DNA from: an uncultured Gammaproteobacteria bacterium
GTDB taxonomy: Bacteria > Pseudomonadota > Gammaproteobacteria > DATFLG01
NCBI GenBank assembly: GCA_963830105.1
Contig: CAWHLH010000003.1
Coordinates: forward strand, 856,373-920,372
Reading direction: 5' to 3'
Length of the DNA stretch: 64,000 bases
The notes beneath the pieces are model-generated. The model was not told the DNA's origin and did no database searches. It was given only the letters and a program-made list of their open reading frames with translations. Made by a program: the position numbers and the translations under genes. Of this stretch, positions 1 through 10,216 are shown in pieces. How positions within the stretch are numbered: the first letter of the stretch is position 1; each line of letters begins with the position of its first letter.

Positions 1-676
1 GTTCGTCATTGTTGAAATAGGCATAGGTATTCATCCCCTGTGCCAGATAGCCGGCGATGCGGTCGGCCTCTGCGGTGAGGAACTGAGGGGAGTAGGATCC
101 GCGGTATTGGTCGCCGTGGAAACGCAGGTAGACGAAATCGGCCGTCAACACTCGTGGGTGCCCGGGGATCATATCGTGGATACAGAGCGCAACATTGTGC
201 TCTGCCAACACAGCGAATACCGCCTCGGACAGCCAACTGCGATCGCGCACTTCCAGAGTCCACCGGTGGGTACCCGGCAACAGTCTTGCAAAAGCGGACA
301 GCCGCTCGACATTCACCCGCCAGTGGGGCGGCAGCTGCACCAGCACGGGGCCCGACGCACCACCGAGCCGGTCGGCACATGCCACAAAACGTCGCAGCGG
401 CTCCTGCGGCTCTTTGAGGCGTTTGATGTGGGTGGCGTAGCGGCTGTACTTCAGTGCATAACTGAAGCCCGGCGGCGCCTGTACCCGCCAGCTGTCGAAC
501 ACCTCACCGTCCGGAAGCCGATAGAAGGTGTTGTTGATCTCCACCGTATCGAACCGTTCGGCATAGTAGCCGAACCACTTCCGCACCGGGAGATCGGACG
601 GATAGAACACACCGCGCCAGTGGGGATATCGGTAACCGGACGTCCCGACGCGAAGATCGCCCCGCGAACCGCTCAT
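1..676 (-). CDS. DUF72 domain protein (YecE/YunF-like), 3' end runs off the window
   Basis: Not in the ORF track; translated by hand from ATG at 676 (overlaps pncA stop, ATGA): MSGSRGDLRVGTSGYRYPHWRGVFYP...YAERFDTVEINNTFYRLP...GPVLVQLPP...AYFNNDE, the typical DUF72 motifs. Confidence 0.9.
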   Translation of the reverse strand, partial: MSGSRGDLRVGTSGYRYPHWRGVFYPSDLPVRKWFGYYAERFDTVEINNTFYRLPDGEVFDSWRVQAPPGFSYALKYSRYATHIKRLKEPQEPLRRFVACADRLGGASGPVLVQLPPHWRVNVERLSAFARLLPGTHRWTLEVRDRSWLSEAVFAVLAEHNVALCIHDMIPGHPRVLTADFVYLRFHGDQYRGSYSPQFLTAEADRIAGYLAQGMNTYAYFNNDE

Positions 677-1338
677 GGAACGCACAGCTGCTCGGCCGTG
701 AGCACACCGATCCCATGCTGCGCGGACTCGGCGCGTAGCCGGGCGTCCGAGGCGCTATCGACCAGCCGGGTGAGATCCCAGATGAACCTCACGACGAACC
801 CCGTTGCGGCCGCGTCCTCGGCGGTCCACTGCACGCAGTAGTCCCGTGCCAACCCACACAGGAAGACTTCGCTCACGTCCCGTTCGCGCAGATAGCCCCC
901 AAGTCCCGTGGGTCGGCTCTCGCCGACCCGGTTCCAGTTGTTGCGAAATCCGATATAGGAATCCGCATCGGCATCCGTACCCTTGCGGCTAATGGCCTTC
1001 ACACGCTGCCAGGGCATATGGGGATACAACTCGGCCCCCGCCCGGCCCTGTATACAGTGATCGGGCCACAAGAGCTGCTCATGACCATACAAGTCGATCA
1101 CGTCCAACGGCTTGTAGCCGGGATGGCGGCTGGCGAACGACACATGGTCGGGGGGACGCCGGTCCTGCATGGCTACCTGCAGCGTGAACGGGCCGGCGTT
1201 CATCAGCCGCTGCAAAGGCTCGATCAGCAGGTCGCCCTCTCCAACCGCAAGAGCACCGCCCGGCATGAAGTCGGGCTGGAAATCAACGGGAGGCAAAGCC
1301 GCATGCTTCGGATGCACCCGAACCGGTTCCCGCGCCAT
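673..1338 (-). CDS. pncA: Nicotinamidase/pyrazinamidase (isochorismatase family)
   Basis: VDFQPDFMPGGAL, LWPDHCIQG, RKG, GLARDYCV motifs; GGAGG RBS. Confidence 0.85.
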   Translation of the reverse strand: MAREPVRVHPKHAALPPVDFQPDFMPGGALAVGEGDLLIEPLQRLMNAGPFTLQVAMQDRRPPDHVSFASRHPGYKPLDVIDLYGHEQLLWPDHCIQGRAGAELYPHMPWQRVKAISRKGTDADADSYIGFRNNWNRVGESRPTGLGGYLRERDVSEVFLCGLARDYCVQWTAEDAAATGFVVRFIWDLTRLVDSASDARLRAESAQHGIGVLTAEQLCVP

Positions 1339-1482
1339 GAATTCCCTCCACGGCTTGCCTCAGCGGCATCTGCGTTCCATAGTTTATCGTTAAATGCTAG
1401 CCAGGGTGGCTGATCCTGTCCAGCGCGACGCCGCCAAGCCGCGTCATGGCGCCTTCGGACCCAGACCCACAGGAGGTGGGAC

Positions 1483-2274
1483 ATGCCTGAGTTGCCGGAT
1501 GTCGAGGTGTTCAAGCGCTACCTCGACGCCACCAGCCTCCACAAGACCATCGAGCACGTCGAGGTGCTGCTGGACGCGCCGGTACTCGGACAGGCGGCAA
1601 GGCGCAGGATCCGCCAGGCCCTGACAGGCGACCGATTCCGCGGCTTCCAACGACATGGCAAATACTTGTTCGCAATTCTGGAGGAAGACGGTGCACTGGT
1701 GCTGCACTTCGGAATGACCGGCTTTCTCCAGTATTTCAAGCAGGAAGAGACCGATACCGCCCACAACGTGCTGCGCATTGTCTTCAACAGCGGCTATTCG
1801 CTGGTCTACAACAACAATCGCCGGCTGGGACTGGTCGACCTGACTGCGAATCCTGAACGGCTTGTACAGTCCAAAGGCCTCGGTCCCGATGCCCTCGACA
1901 TCGACCCGGACCAGTTCGGGCATGTGCTCGACATCCACCGGGGCCACATCAAGTCACTGCTCATGAACCAACAGGCCATTGCCGGACTCGGCCATGTCTA
2001 CAGCGACGAAATTCTTTTTCAGGCTGGACTTCATCCCCGCCGCACGGTGCAAGGGCTGTCGGTTGGCGAACGCCGCCGACTGCTCCGCAGCATGGGCAGA
2101 GTGCTGCGTCAGACCATCGCCAAGGGCGCGGATCCGGAACGCTATCCACGCACCTTTTTGACTCCCTACCGGAGCGATGGCGCAGCCTGTCCGCGCTGCG
2201 GAGCGCCGCTGCGCCGTCTCACGATCGGTGGGCGAAGCGCCTACTATTGCCCCCGCCGGCAACGTGAACCGTAG
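1483..2274 (+). CDS. Fpg/Nei family DNA glycosylase/AP lyase (MutM-like paralog)
   Basis: N-terminal MPELPDVE, RHGKYL, HFGMTG, H2TH region, C-terminal CPRC...CPRR zinc-finger region; AGGAGG RBS. Confidence 0.85.
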   Translation: MPELPDVEVFKRYLDATSLHKTIEHVEVLLDAPVLGQAARRRIRQALTGDRFRGFQRHGKYLFAILEEDGALVLHFGMTGFLQYFKQEETDTAHNVLRIVFNSGYSLVYNNNRRLGLVDLTANPERLVQSKGLGPDALDIDPDQFGHVLDIHRGHIKSLLMNQQAIAGLGHVYSDEILFQAGLHPRRTVQGLSVGERRRLLRSMGRVLRQTIAKGADPERYPRTFLTPYRSDGAACPRCGAPLRRLTIGGRSAYYCPRRQREP

Positions 2275-2364
2275 TCGCCGGCCCGGCGGCAACACGCGTC
2301 GCCAACAACTGCCCGGGTGTGGCCGGCCAGCGCTCGCAGGCAGTGAACACCTTCGCCCGAAACG

Positions 2365-2398
2365 CAAACCCGGGGACCGCGCACGGTCCCCGGGTTTG
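2365..2398. terminator. Hairpin between convergent genes, probable bidirectional terminator
   Basis: Perfect 15-bp stem CAAACCCGGGGACCG-cgca-CGGTCCCCGGGTTTG. Confidence 0.65.
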
Positions 2399-2420
2399 GA
2401 ATTACCCTCTCAAGACCGGT

Positions 2421-3983
2421 TCAGGAACGACCCATGTCCAGATCACGGCGTTCGCCGGCGTGCAGCGGCTCGCCGGTGGCCGGATCCAGGAACAGCCGAT
2501 GAGCATGGGGCCGGCGGCCGAAGTCGAACATGCTCTCGAGGCTGCCCGCCTTACTGTCGAACGACTGATCGCCGATGCGACCCAGGTGCCAGTTGTCCTC
2601 GATAAAGCGCAGTATGGAGGACTGATCGGTCACGCCATGATCCACGTAATTGACCTTGGTCCAGGGAGACACTATCAGCAGTGGCAGCCGAGGACCGTAG
2701 CCACAGCGGTCCATGTAAGCGCCGTCCTTTGCCGACCCGCACGTGCCCGAACCGGTGAGATTGTCATAAGCGGAGTCGTTAGACTGGTTCACGACCGGGG
2801 CCAACACGTGATCGTACCAGCCGTCGGAGTCGTCATAGGAAATGATCACGGCGGTGCTCTTCCACTCCGGCATCTTCTCCAGACGATTGATGGTCTTGAC
2901 GATAAATGTCTGCTCGTCGAGCGGATCGGAATAACCGGCATGTCCGTCCTGGGCCATGGGTGCCTTCAGGAAACTGACTGCCGGCATATGACCCGCCCTG
3001 GCCGCGGCCCAGAAATCCTCCAGGTCATACTGGTGGTTGGCCTGGTCGGTACGGCCGATCATGGCGGTCGAACTCGGCGGGAGATGGTGCGGGTTGGACG
3101 TCTGCGGGTAATACTGGAACGGCTCATGGTGAGGGCTGTACATGGACACCAGCTGGCCGCCGATGTTCGCGCTCTTGGAGCCGCACACGGCCGTGCCGTC
3201 GGCCTTGCGGCTGGAAGGACGGAAACCGCCTTCGAACCAACCCCAGGTCACGCCCTCGGCATTGAGCAGGTCGCCGACATTCTTACCGGTCATTGCGACC
3301 GTCGTGCCGCCGGAGCAGTCGTCATAGGCGGGATTCGGATCGCCGATGACGGTGCCGTTGGCCGTGTTGTTGGCTACGTCAGCAGGCGCCGCGCCATGGG
3401 TCTGCCCGGCGATCAGGTTAAGCGCACCGACAGTGGACGGACCATAAGTGGTACCGTAGGAATTGTCGCTCATGGCGAAGTGCTGGGCATAGTTCCAAAG
3501 TGCTGTCACGGTGTTGCCGTCGTAGTAACCCATCACCTGCGTGGGATCGCAGCTGTTGTAGGTGGCACCGGTGCTTTCCACGAACTTGTCCATCAGACCG
3601 GCGTCGGCCGCCTTCTGTTCGTCCGCGTAGCGATGGTCCATGTCGCAGGTCAGAGCCTCGGAACGGTCCAGGCGATAGGGATTTGCCGAGTTGGGGTTGT
3701 CATGCAGCAGGTCCTCGGTAAGCCCGTTAACGGAAGGTGTCCCGCGACGCGCTACGAAGCGCGGCTCGCCGGGCTTGTTGGCGGCCTGAGGGTAGGTGGC
3801 GAAGTAGTGATCGAAGGACACGTTCTCCTGGAAAATGACGACAACGTGCTTTATCGGGGTCGTCGTGGCCTGGTAGCTGTCGGCGGCGCACAGGGATGAT
3901 CCACCTGCCTGCAGAGCCACACCCAACGCCAGTGCGGCCATGAGCTTATTCGGTTTGAATATAGCCTTTTGAAGCGCGTGCAT
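2421..3983 (-). CDS. Secreted phosphoesterase, phospholipase C/acid phosphatase AcpA family
   Basis: Signal peptide; PIKHVVVIFQENVSFDHYF, GPST, DGHAGYS, YDDSDGWYDHV, GYGPRLP motifs. Confidence 0.9.
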   Translation of the reverse strand: MHALQKAIFKPNKLMAALALGVALQAGGSSLCAADSYQATTTPIKHVVVIFQENVSFDHYFATYPQAANKPGEPRFVARRGTPSVNGLTEDLLHDNPNSANPYRLDRSEALTCDMDHRYADEQKAADAGLMDKFVESTGATYNSCDPTQVMGYYDGNTVTALWNYAQHFAMSDNSYGTTYGPSTVGALNLIAGQTHGAAPADVANNTANGTVIGDPNPAYDDCSGGTTVAMTGKNVGDLLNAEGVTWGWFEGGFRPSSRKADGTAVCGSKSANIGGQLVSMYSPHHEPFQYYPQTSNPHHLPPSSTAMIGRTDQANHQYDLEDFWAAARAGHMPAVSFLKAPMAQDGHAGYSDPLDEQTFIVKTINRLEKMPEWKSTAVIISYDDSDGWYDHVLAPVVNQSNDSAYDNLTGSGTCGSAKDGAYMDRCGYGPRLPLLIVSPWTKVNYVDHGVTDQSSILRFIEDNWHLGRIGDQSFDSKAGSLESMFDFGRRPHAHRLFLDPATGEPLHAGERRDLDMGRS

Positions 3984-4705
3984 TCTATGCCTCCCGGAAC
4001 TGTGAATTGGTATCGCTACAGGCAGTCGTCGCCTGCAAGAGCGCGAATCTACGCGGGAAAGATGACGAAATTATTGCGCTTCAAATAAACTTTCTTGCTT
4101 CATGACCTCTACGTTGGCGGCCATTCGTGGCTTTACGTTTTATTTACATCGAGGGCGGCGGTCCGGGATCGGAGCGGTGTGTCGACAGTCAGCCACGTCC
4201 AGGTATCCTTCACCGGGATTTGGCCTGCACGCCGGGAAAGGCCACACAAATCCTACGACCCGAGACGCCTTCCTTCGCCGCCGCCTGGGCGGAACTCCGG
4301 GGGGGCCTTGCAAGACCGTTTGCAAAGGGGAGACACGATGTCCGCAAACGTGCGGGCACGCCGCCGAATGATTCGATGTCCATCCTGTGGCGGGGACGTG
4401 TCACCCACAGCAAGCCATATACGGGAAACCGTTGAGCACGGACCGCGAGTGCCATGCCGGGCTGGTGGGCAGCTCATGATCTGCAGGACGAATTGGTAGT
4501 CGGCTTACTGAAGGAGCTGGAGCGATGCGAAATCGATGGCCAGTGGGAAAATCGTCGTGATGCGGAACCGGCCCTGCAAGGAATCGACGCGGACGTCTGT
4601 CGACCATCTCCCATGGCAAGTCACTGCCTGTGCCACCGGCCGTCCCATGGATGAGCGTTCATCGGGACCGGGCGACCCGAACACGGAAGGTCGCCTTGCG
4701 GCCGT

Positions 4706-6250
4706 TCATTCCAACGCTGGCGCGCTGCCTACCGCTGTCTGGCGACGCGGATTCGATAGCAACAGCAGCATGGGTATGGCCAGCAATGTCACCATCATCA
4801 TGAACCGGAAATCATCCGCATAGGCGATCATCGTTGCCTGACGGGTGATCTCGGCGTTCATGGCCATCAGTCCGTTTACGGAATGAGTGTCCCAGGCCGG
4901 CGGCAGATAGGGGAACCGATACAGAGGATTGTAAGCATTGACCTGCTCGGCCAATACCGAGTGGTTGATCTGGATGTTGCGGCTCAGCAACGTGACTATC
5001 ACCGAGATGCCGATGCTGCTCCCGATGTTGCGTACCAGACTGAAAATACCGGCGGCCTCGGTACGGTGGCGCTGTTCCAAGGTGGCGAAAGCGATGGTGC
5101 TGAGCGGCACGAAAATAAACCCAAGGCCGAAGCCCTGCAGCACGCCACTCCACACAATCAGGCTCTGGCTGGTCTGCAGCGTGAAACCGGCCATCTGCCA
5201 GAGGGATATCGACGTCAGCGCCAGTCCGTTGAAAATCAGCAGACGGGGATCGACGCGACTTACCAGCCGCCCCACCAGAAACATCGCGATCATGGTACCC
5301 ACACCCCTCGGTGCCAGCACCAGACCGGTAGTGACGACAGGGTACCCCAACAGTCCCTGCAGGAATGGCGGCATGATGGCAAGGGTTGCCAGCAGGATCA
5401 CGCCCACCACAAAGATAAAGAACAGCCCGGTCGCAAAGTTGCGGTCCTTGAGCAGGTGCGGATCGATGAACGGGTGACGGGTGGTGGCTGCATGCACCAG
5501 ATACAGGTAGAAGCCCAGACCGGCAATGACGGCTTCCACGGTGATTTGCGAAGAGGTGAACCAATCGTGCCGCTCGCCCGTATCGAGCATAAGCTGCAAC
5601 ACCCCTATTCCCAGACTGAGCAGCACGAACCCGGCTATATCGAACGGCCGATCCTTGTTCCGCTCCGTATCCGGCACGTAGCCGAGGATAAAGAGAAACG
5701 CCAGGATGCCGACCGGCAGATTGATGTAGAACACCCAACGCCAATTGTAGAACTCGGTCAGGTAGCCGCCCAGCGTCGGCCCCAGGATCGGGCCCACCAT
5801 GATGCCGACACCCCACAGAGCCATGGCCTGCCCGTGGCGCTCACGCGGATAGCTGTCCAACAGCACCGCCTGAGAGAGCGGCACCAGTGCGGCACCGAAC
5901 ACGCCCTGCAGCAGGCGGAACGCGACAATCTCGGAGAGGGTCTGAGCCATGCCGCACAAAACGGACATCAGCGTGAACGCGGCCACCGAGACCAGAAACA
6001 GCCGCTTGCGGCCCAGCCGGGTGGCAAGCCATCCGGTCGGGGGCGTCATGACGGCGGCCGCAACAATATAGGAAGTCAGTACCCAGGCGATCTGGTCCTG
6101 GGTCGCCGAGAATGTGCCCTGCATGTGGGGCAGCGACACATTGACGATGGTCGTATCCAGCACCTGCATGACCGTCGCGAGCATTACCGCGAACGTTATG
6201 ACGCCGCGGTGCGCATCGGCGGCGCGGACGCTCTCTGCCTCCGTGCTCAT
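4706..6250 (-). CDS. emrB: DHA2 family MFS efflux permease (EmrB/QacA)
   Basis: LDTTIVNVSLPHM, WVLTSY, FRLLQG, GPILGPTLGG, WRWVFYINLPVG; ~14 TM segments. Confidence 0.9.
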   Translation of the reverse strand: MSTEAESVRAADAHRGVITFAVMLATVMQVLDTTIVNVSLPHMQGTFSATQDQIAWVLTSYIVAAAVMTPPTGWLATRLGRKRLFLVSVAAFTLMSVLCGMAQTLSEIVAFRLLQGVFGAALVPLSQAVLLDSYPRERHGQAMALWGVGIMVGPILGPTLGGYLTEFYNWRWVFYINLPVGILAFLFILGYVPDTERNKDRPFDIAGFVLLSLGIGVLQLMLDTGERHDWFTSSQITVEAVIAGLGFYLYLVHAATTRHPFIDPHLLKDRNFATGLFFIFVVGVILLATLAIMPPFLQGLLGYPVVTTGLVLAPRGVGTMIAMFLVGRLVSRVDPRLLIFNGLALTSISLWQMAGFTLQTSQSLIVWSGVLQGFGLGFIFVPLSTIAFATLEQRHRTEAAGIFSLVRNIGSSIGISVIVTLLSRNIQINHSVLAEQVNAYNPLYRFPYLPPAWDTHSVNGLMAMNAEITRQATMIAYADDFRFMMMVTLLAIPMLLLLSNPRRQTAVGSAPALE

Positions 6251-7335
6251 CGCGTCTCGGGCGTACCTGCAAAGGCATTGCGGATCCGTGTCAGCAGTTC
6301 CCGGCGATGCTCGGTATCGATGGTTACATTGACACTCATGCCGGCGCGCAGTTGGGGTGCATCCTTCAGATCATCGAGTGCCAGACGCACCGGCACCCGC
6401 TGCACGACTTTCACCCAGTTCCCGGTCGCGTTCTGTGCCGGCAGCAGCGAGAACTCCGAGCCTGTGGCCGGACTGATGCTCGCCACCCGTGCCTGCCAGA
6501 CGTCATCGGGATAGGCGTCGACGGTAATTGTTGCACGCTGACCGGCGTGCACGTAGGTCAGTTCGGTCTCCTTCAAATTAGCTTTCACATAGTGATGGTC
6601 TTCCACCAGGCTGAACGCCGGTTCGCCCGGGGTCACGTAATCTCCCACTTCAACGGTCTGCGGCCCGACAATCCCATCGATGGGCGCGCGCACTTCGGTG
6701 CGCTGCAGATTCAGCGCTGCCTGATCGCGCGCGCGAAGCGCTTCCACATACTGCGGCTGCTGCTCCGTGGGCAGATCCGGTCGCGTACCGAGTTGGGCGC
6801 GCACGCGTGCGATCGCGCTCCGAATCACCCGCGCGCGCAATTTTGCGACATCGAGTTGGTGGCGCGCCTGGTCCAGATCGCTGGCGGACAGCGCGTGTCT
6901 GGCGGCCAGCTTGCTGCGCCGAGCGAACTCGCGGGCGAAGTAGACGATGTCCTCCCGGGCCTGGGCCAGTTCCGCCTGCTTTTCCTGATACTGGGCACGC
7001 AGAGCGTCGATCGAATTGCGTACCGATTGCAGGCGTGCGTTGGCCTGTTGCAGCGCGAGACGGTAGGTGGATTCGTCGACACGGAACAACAGGTCGCCGG
7101 CATGCACCGGCTGGTTCTCAGCAGCCGCCACAGCCACTACACGGCCCGCCACCTCCGCTGCCACGTTTACCCGGCTCGCCTGCACGTACGCGTCCTCCGT
7201 ACTCACATAGCGGCCTCCGGTGGCATAGAAGTAGCCGCCGACCACCAGCACAAGCAGGGGACCGCCAATCAACAGCAGCAGCCGCAAGCGCGCCTTGCCA
7301 TCGTTGGGACGCAATTTGAAAAGCAGCTTTCGCAC
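6247..7335 (-). CDS. emrA: EmrA/HlyD family efflux membrane fusion protein
   Basis: STEDAYV, ANLKETEL, PATGSEFSLLPAQNATGNWVKVVQRVPVR; start set at GTG 7335 after GAGGAG. Confidence 0.88.
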   Translation of the reverse strand: MRKLLFKLRPNDGKARLRLLLLIGGPLLVLVVGGYFYATGGRYVSTEDAYVQASRVNVAAEVAGRVVAVAAAENQPVHAGDLLFRVDESTYRLALQQANARLQSVRNSIDALRAQYQEKQAELAQAREDIVYFAREFARRSKLAARHALSASDLDQARHQLDVAKLRARVIRSAIARVRAQLGTRPDLPTEQQPQYVEALRARDQAALNLQRTEVRAPIDGIVGPQTVEVGDYVTPGEPAFSLVEDHHYVKANLKETELTYVHAGQRATITVDAYPDDVWQARVASISPATGSEFSLLPAQNATGNWVKVVQRVPVRLALDDLKDAPQLRAGMSVNVTIDTEHRRELLTRIRNAFAGTPETR

Positions 7336-7336
7336 T

Positions 7337-7837
7337 TCAGTCGCAACTCCTCTTCGCCTGCCCCGACGGCCCGGACCCTGTGCCACCCGGCGGCTCAGCC
7401 CCTTCACGCTCCAGCAGGTTCTGCTTCAGGCGCAGGAGTGTGTCGAGCAAATGTTCCTGTTCTTCCGGGCGCAACCCGGACATCGCCTCGGTACGGATTT
7501 CCTGGGATATGGCACCCATGCGATCCAGGATCGGGTAGGCCTTTGGCGTCAGGTAGAGTGCATTCGCGCGCCTGTCTTCCGGGTGGGGACGTCGCTCGAC
7601 CCATCCAGCGGCCTCCAAGCGATCGACCAACCGACAGAGCGTGATCTTCTCCACCTCCAGGATGTCGGCCAATGCGGACTGGGTGAGACCTTCATTGCGG
7701 CGCAGATGAGCGATCACCGACCATTGGGCACGGGTCAGCCCCAGGGCACGGGCCCGGCGATCAAACCGTTTGCGCAGGAGGCGGGAGACATCGTGCAACA
7801 GAAACCCCAGGCTGCGGTCCAGATTCGAATTTGCCAT
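7337..7837 (-). CDS. MarR family transcriptional regulator (SlyA-like)
   Basis: LGFLLHDVSRL, GLTRAQW, LVDRLEAAGWVER...DRRA winged helix. Confidence 0.9.
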   Translation of the reverse strand: MANSNLDRSLGFLLHDVSRLLRKRFDRRARALGLTRAQWSVIAHLRRNEGLTQSALADILEVEKITLCRLVDRLEAAGWVERRPHPEDRRANALYLTPKAYPILDRMGAISQEIRTEAMSGLRPEEQEHLLDTLLRLKQNLLEREGAEPPGGTGSGPSGQAKRSCD

Positions 7838-7854
7838 CCCGGGATTTTATATAA

Positions 7855-7888
7855 CGAGCATATAGTAAGCAAGCTTACTATATGCTCG
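7855..7888. promoter_or_regulatory. Palindromic operator, probable MarR/SlyA-type binding site
   Basis: CGAGCATATAGTAAGC-aa-GCTTACTATATGCTCG, 16-bp perfect arms just upstream of the marR start; core resembles the SlyA box TTAGCAAGCTAA. Confidence 0.75.
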
Positions 7889-7956
7889 AATCGAATCCTG
7901 CCGGGCCTGATCCGGCCGATAGGGACAGTTAACGGAGGAGAACGGGCCCCGAGGCC

Positions 7957-8712
7957 CTAGTTGGCTGGAGCCCGGGCGCCGCCATCGTTGCCGTCGTCCC
8001 CGAAATCGGGCGCCGGCGGGGGCGGAGGGTTGCCGTTGTAGATCTGGTTCCAACGATATTGACGGTAGGCTTCGCGGGTGTAGAGGTAGGGATCCAGGGC
8101 CGCGGCTTCCAGGACGCGACTGGCGCCCAGCAGATTTGCCCGGGCGCTGACGATGCGCAGGGCACTGGCCGAATTGCGCAAGGCGATCCGACGGGTCCGG
8201 TAGAGGGGATCCAACTCCCATTCCGGCGGCAAACCCAGGGCATCTCGCACGGTGCTGGGCCCGAGAAGCGGCAGCACCAGATACCAGCCTTCCCCGAAAC
8301 CCCAGACGCCGAAGGTCTGCCCAAAATCCTCATCGTGGGCCGGCAGGCCCATTGGGGTGGCCACATCCAGCACGCCGGCAAGACCCACGGTGCTGTTCCA
8401 GATGAATCGGCTGGTATCCGACCCGGTCTGAACGACCTGGCCCTGCAGAAGATCGTTGACGATGACCACCGGCTGCTTGAGGTTGGCGAAGAAATTGCTC
8501 ACACCCGTACGCACGGGCCCCGGGACGACTCTCTTGTACCCTTTCGCCACGGGCTTTAGCACCGCCCGATCGACCTTGTCGTTGAAGGTGTAAACGACAC
8601 GGTTCACAGGCTCCAGCGGATCATTGGCCGGCTCATAGGGCGGGCGCACCGCGCAGGCGCCGACCGCCAGCACCAAGCCGGCGAGCACAAGCAGTCGAAA
8701 AGACCCAGACAT
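7957..8712 (-). CDS. mlaA: MlaA/VacJ family lipoprotein
   Basis: Lipobox VGAC, NDPLEPVNR, GVSNFFANL, EDFGQTFGVWG, LPLLGPSTVRD; start set at ATG 8712 after GAGGAG. Confidence 0.9.
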   Translation of the reverse strand: MSGSFRLLVLAGLVLAVGACAVRPPYEPANDPLEPVNRVVYTFNDKVDRAVLKPVAKGYKRVVPGPVRTGVSNFFANLKQPVVIVNDLLQGQVVQTGSDTSRFIWNSTVGLAGVLDVATPMGLPAHDEDFGQTFGVWGFGEGWYLVLPLLGPSTVRDALGLPPEWELDPLYRTRRIALRNSASALRIVSARANLLGASRVLEAAALDPYLYTREAYRQYRWNQIYNGNPPPPPAPDFGDDGNDGGARAPAN

Positions 8713-9074
8713 GTATCTACTCCTCGATGTCCACAACGCCCCGCGGCCGCTGCAACAGTCCAATGGACGTTGACGACCCCGAGCGCTCGAGAGATAAGAG
8801 CGGCCAATGCGCCGAATATTTGAACGCGGCTCGCAGGGCAAAGGGAAGCGAAGGGTCCGCCTGACCTTCGACCCGCATGACAGGTTTCCCGCAGCTACAA
8901 TCCGGCGTGGCAACCGGCCCTTCGACGTCGCAGTGAAGGCAGCGGTCCTGCCACACCGTAGGCCTGCGTACCCCCGGTGTCGGCGCTACTCGATCAGGTG
9001 TCTGTTCGGGGAGGATCACTGGATGAACAACTGCTCGACCCCGATCCGCCATAACGGGCGGCGCAACGCGTGGG

Positions 9075-9695
9075 CTACGCGGCGTTCCTGCAGCGCAACA
9101 TCTTCCAGTAGCCAAACACGTTCGTCTTACTGACCTCCACCACTTCCAACCCGGTTGCCTCCAGGAACGTCTCCAACTCCATGTTGGTGCGAAAGCCGGC
9201 GAGCTTGGACATCGGTGAGAGGATACCTTCCAGGGTACCCATGACGGGACTGTTGGAACGAAAATGATTGACGATGAATATATCGCCGCCAGGTTTGCAC
9301 ACCCGTCGCATCTCGTCGACCAGGCGTAGCGGATTCGCGGCAACGGATACTACGTACATGGCGACGACTTTGTCGAAGCTGCTGTCGGGAAACTGCATAT
9401 CCTCGGCATCCATTTCCAGCAACGCTTCGACCTGTTCGAGGCCCTGTTCGCGCACGCGGGCGCGGGCCTTGTCGAGCATTTCCTTGCACAGGTCAATGCC
9501 CGTGACACGCGCATGTTCTGGATACAGCAAAAGGGACAAACCTGTACCAACGCCGACTTCGAGAATCCGTTGGCCCGGCCGTGCATCGAGTGCCTGCACA
9601 ATCGTCTCGCGCGCCGGGTGGAAAATCGCTCCGAACAGTGCGTCGTACACCGGTGCGTAGCGCCTATAGGCGCTCTTTATGGATGCCGGGTTCAC
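9075..9695 (-). CDS. Class I SAM methyltransferase, PmtA-like phosphatidylethanolamine N-methyltransferase
   Basis: AYRRYAPVYD..FG, ILEVGVGTGLSL, VAMYVVSV, EMRRVCKPGG, IVNHF. Confidence 0.75.
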   Translation of the reverse strand: MNPASIKSAYRRYAPVYDALFGAIFHPARETIVQALDARPGQRILEVGVGTGLSLLLYPEHARVTGIDLCKEMLDKARARVREQGLEQVEALLEMDAEDMQFPDSSFDKVVAMYVVSVAANPLRLVDEMRRVCKPGGDIFIVNHFRSNSPVMGTLEGILSPMSKLAGFRTNMELETFLEATGLEVVEVSKTNVFGYWKMLRCRNAA

Positions 9696-9967
9696 CGATG
9701 ACCTCCTACGCTATCAGTTGCAGATTCACGTGCCGCCCCGCCGTATGGTATCAGGATAGCCGGCGCCCGGGGCCTGCATGCAGGCCCACATTGTTACATA
9801 ACTCGCGCAAAAATGGGCAGGGTCGTTGATTGGCCAGGGCTACCGGGACACGCCCTGGGCGGTCGCAACCGGTTCCACCACCCCACAGGCCCGGATGGCT
9901 GCGCAGTTGGCAGTGCTCGAAGCTATACTTTGGTTCAGAATGGGAACGCACACATGGAGGCGCGCCT

Positions 9968-10216
9968 ATGGCGACGATAGCTGAGCAGGGAAGTCGGGCA
10001 TTGGAGGCCACTTCCGACCTCAATGACCTCCTGCGGCTGGCCCACGAAGCGCTGCACCGGCTACAGAATGAAGTGCACGGGGACACCTTCGACGAGGCAA
10101 ACGGCCTCTCGCAGCACCTGCAGACACTGCGTCAGAAGGCGACGACCCTGGAGGCGAGGGTGCAGCAGTCTGTGCGAAGTACGGGTACGGGCCCTGTTGC
10201 ACACCTGGTACGTTAG
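9968..10216 (+). CDS. Small helical hypothetical protein (82 aa)
   Basis: GGAGG RBS before ATG 9968; amphipathic helical sequence. Confidence 0.6.
   Translation: MATIAEQGSRALEATSDLNDLLRLAHEALHRLQNEVHGDTFDEANGLSQHLQTLRQKATTLEARVQQSVRSTGTGPVAHLVR

Noticed and set aside
107-841. 244-aa plus-strand ORF and other long antisense ORFs (e.g. 2319-3899, 4883-6514, 26884-28104, 32545-34605, 56782-58278)
   Set aside because: They mirror well-recognised genes on the opposite strand, a common high-GC artefact
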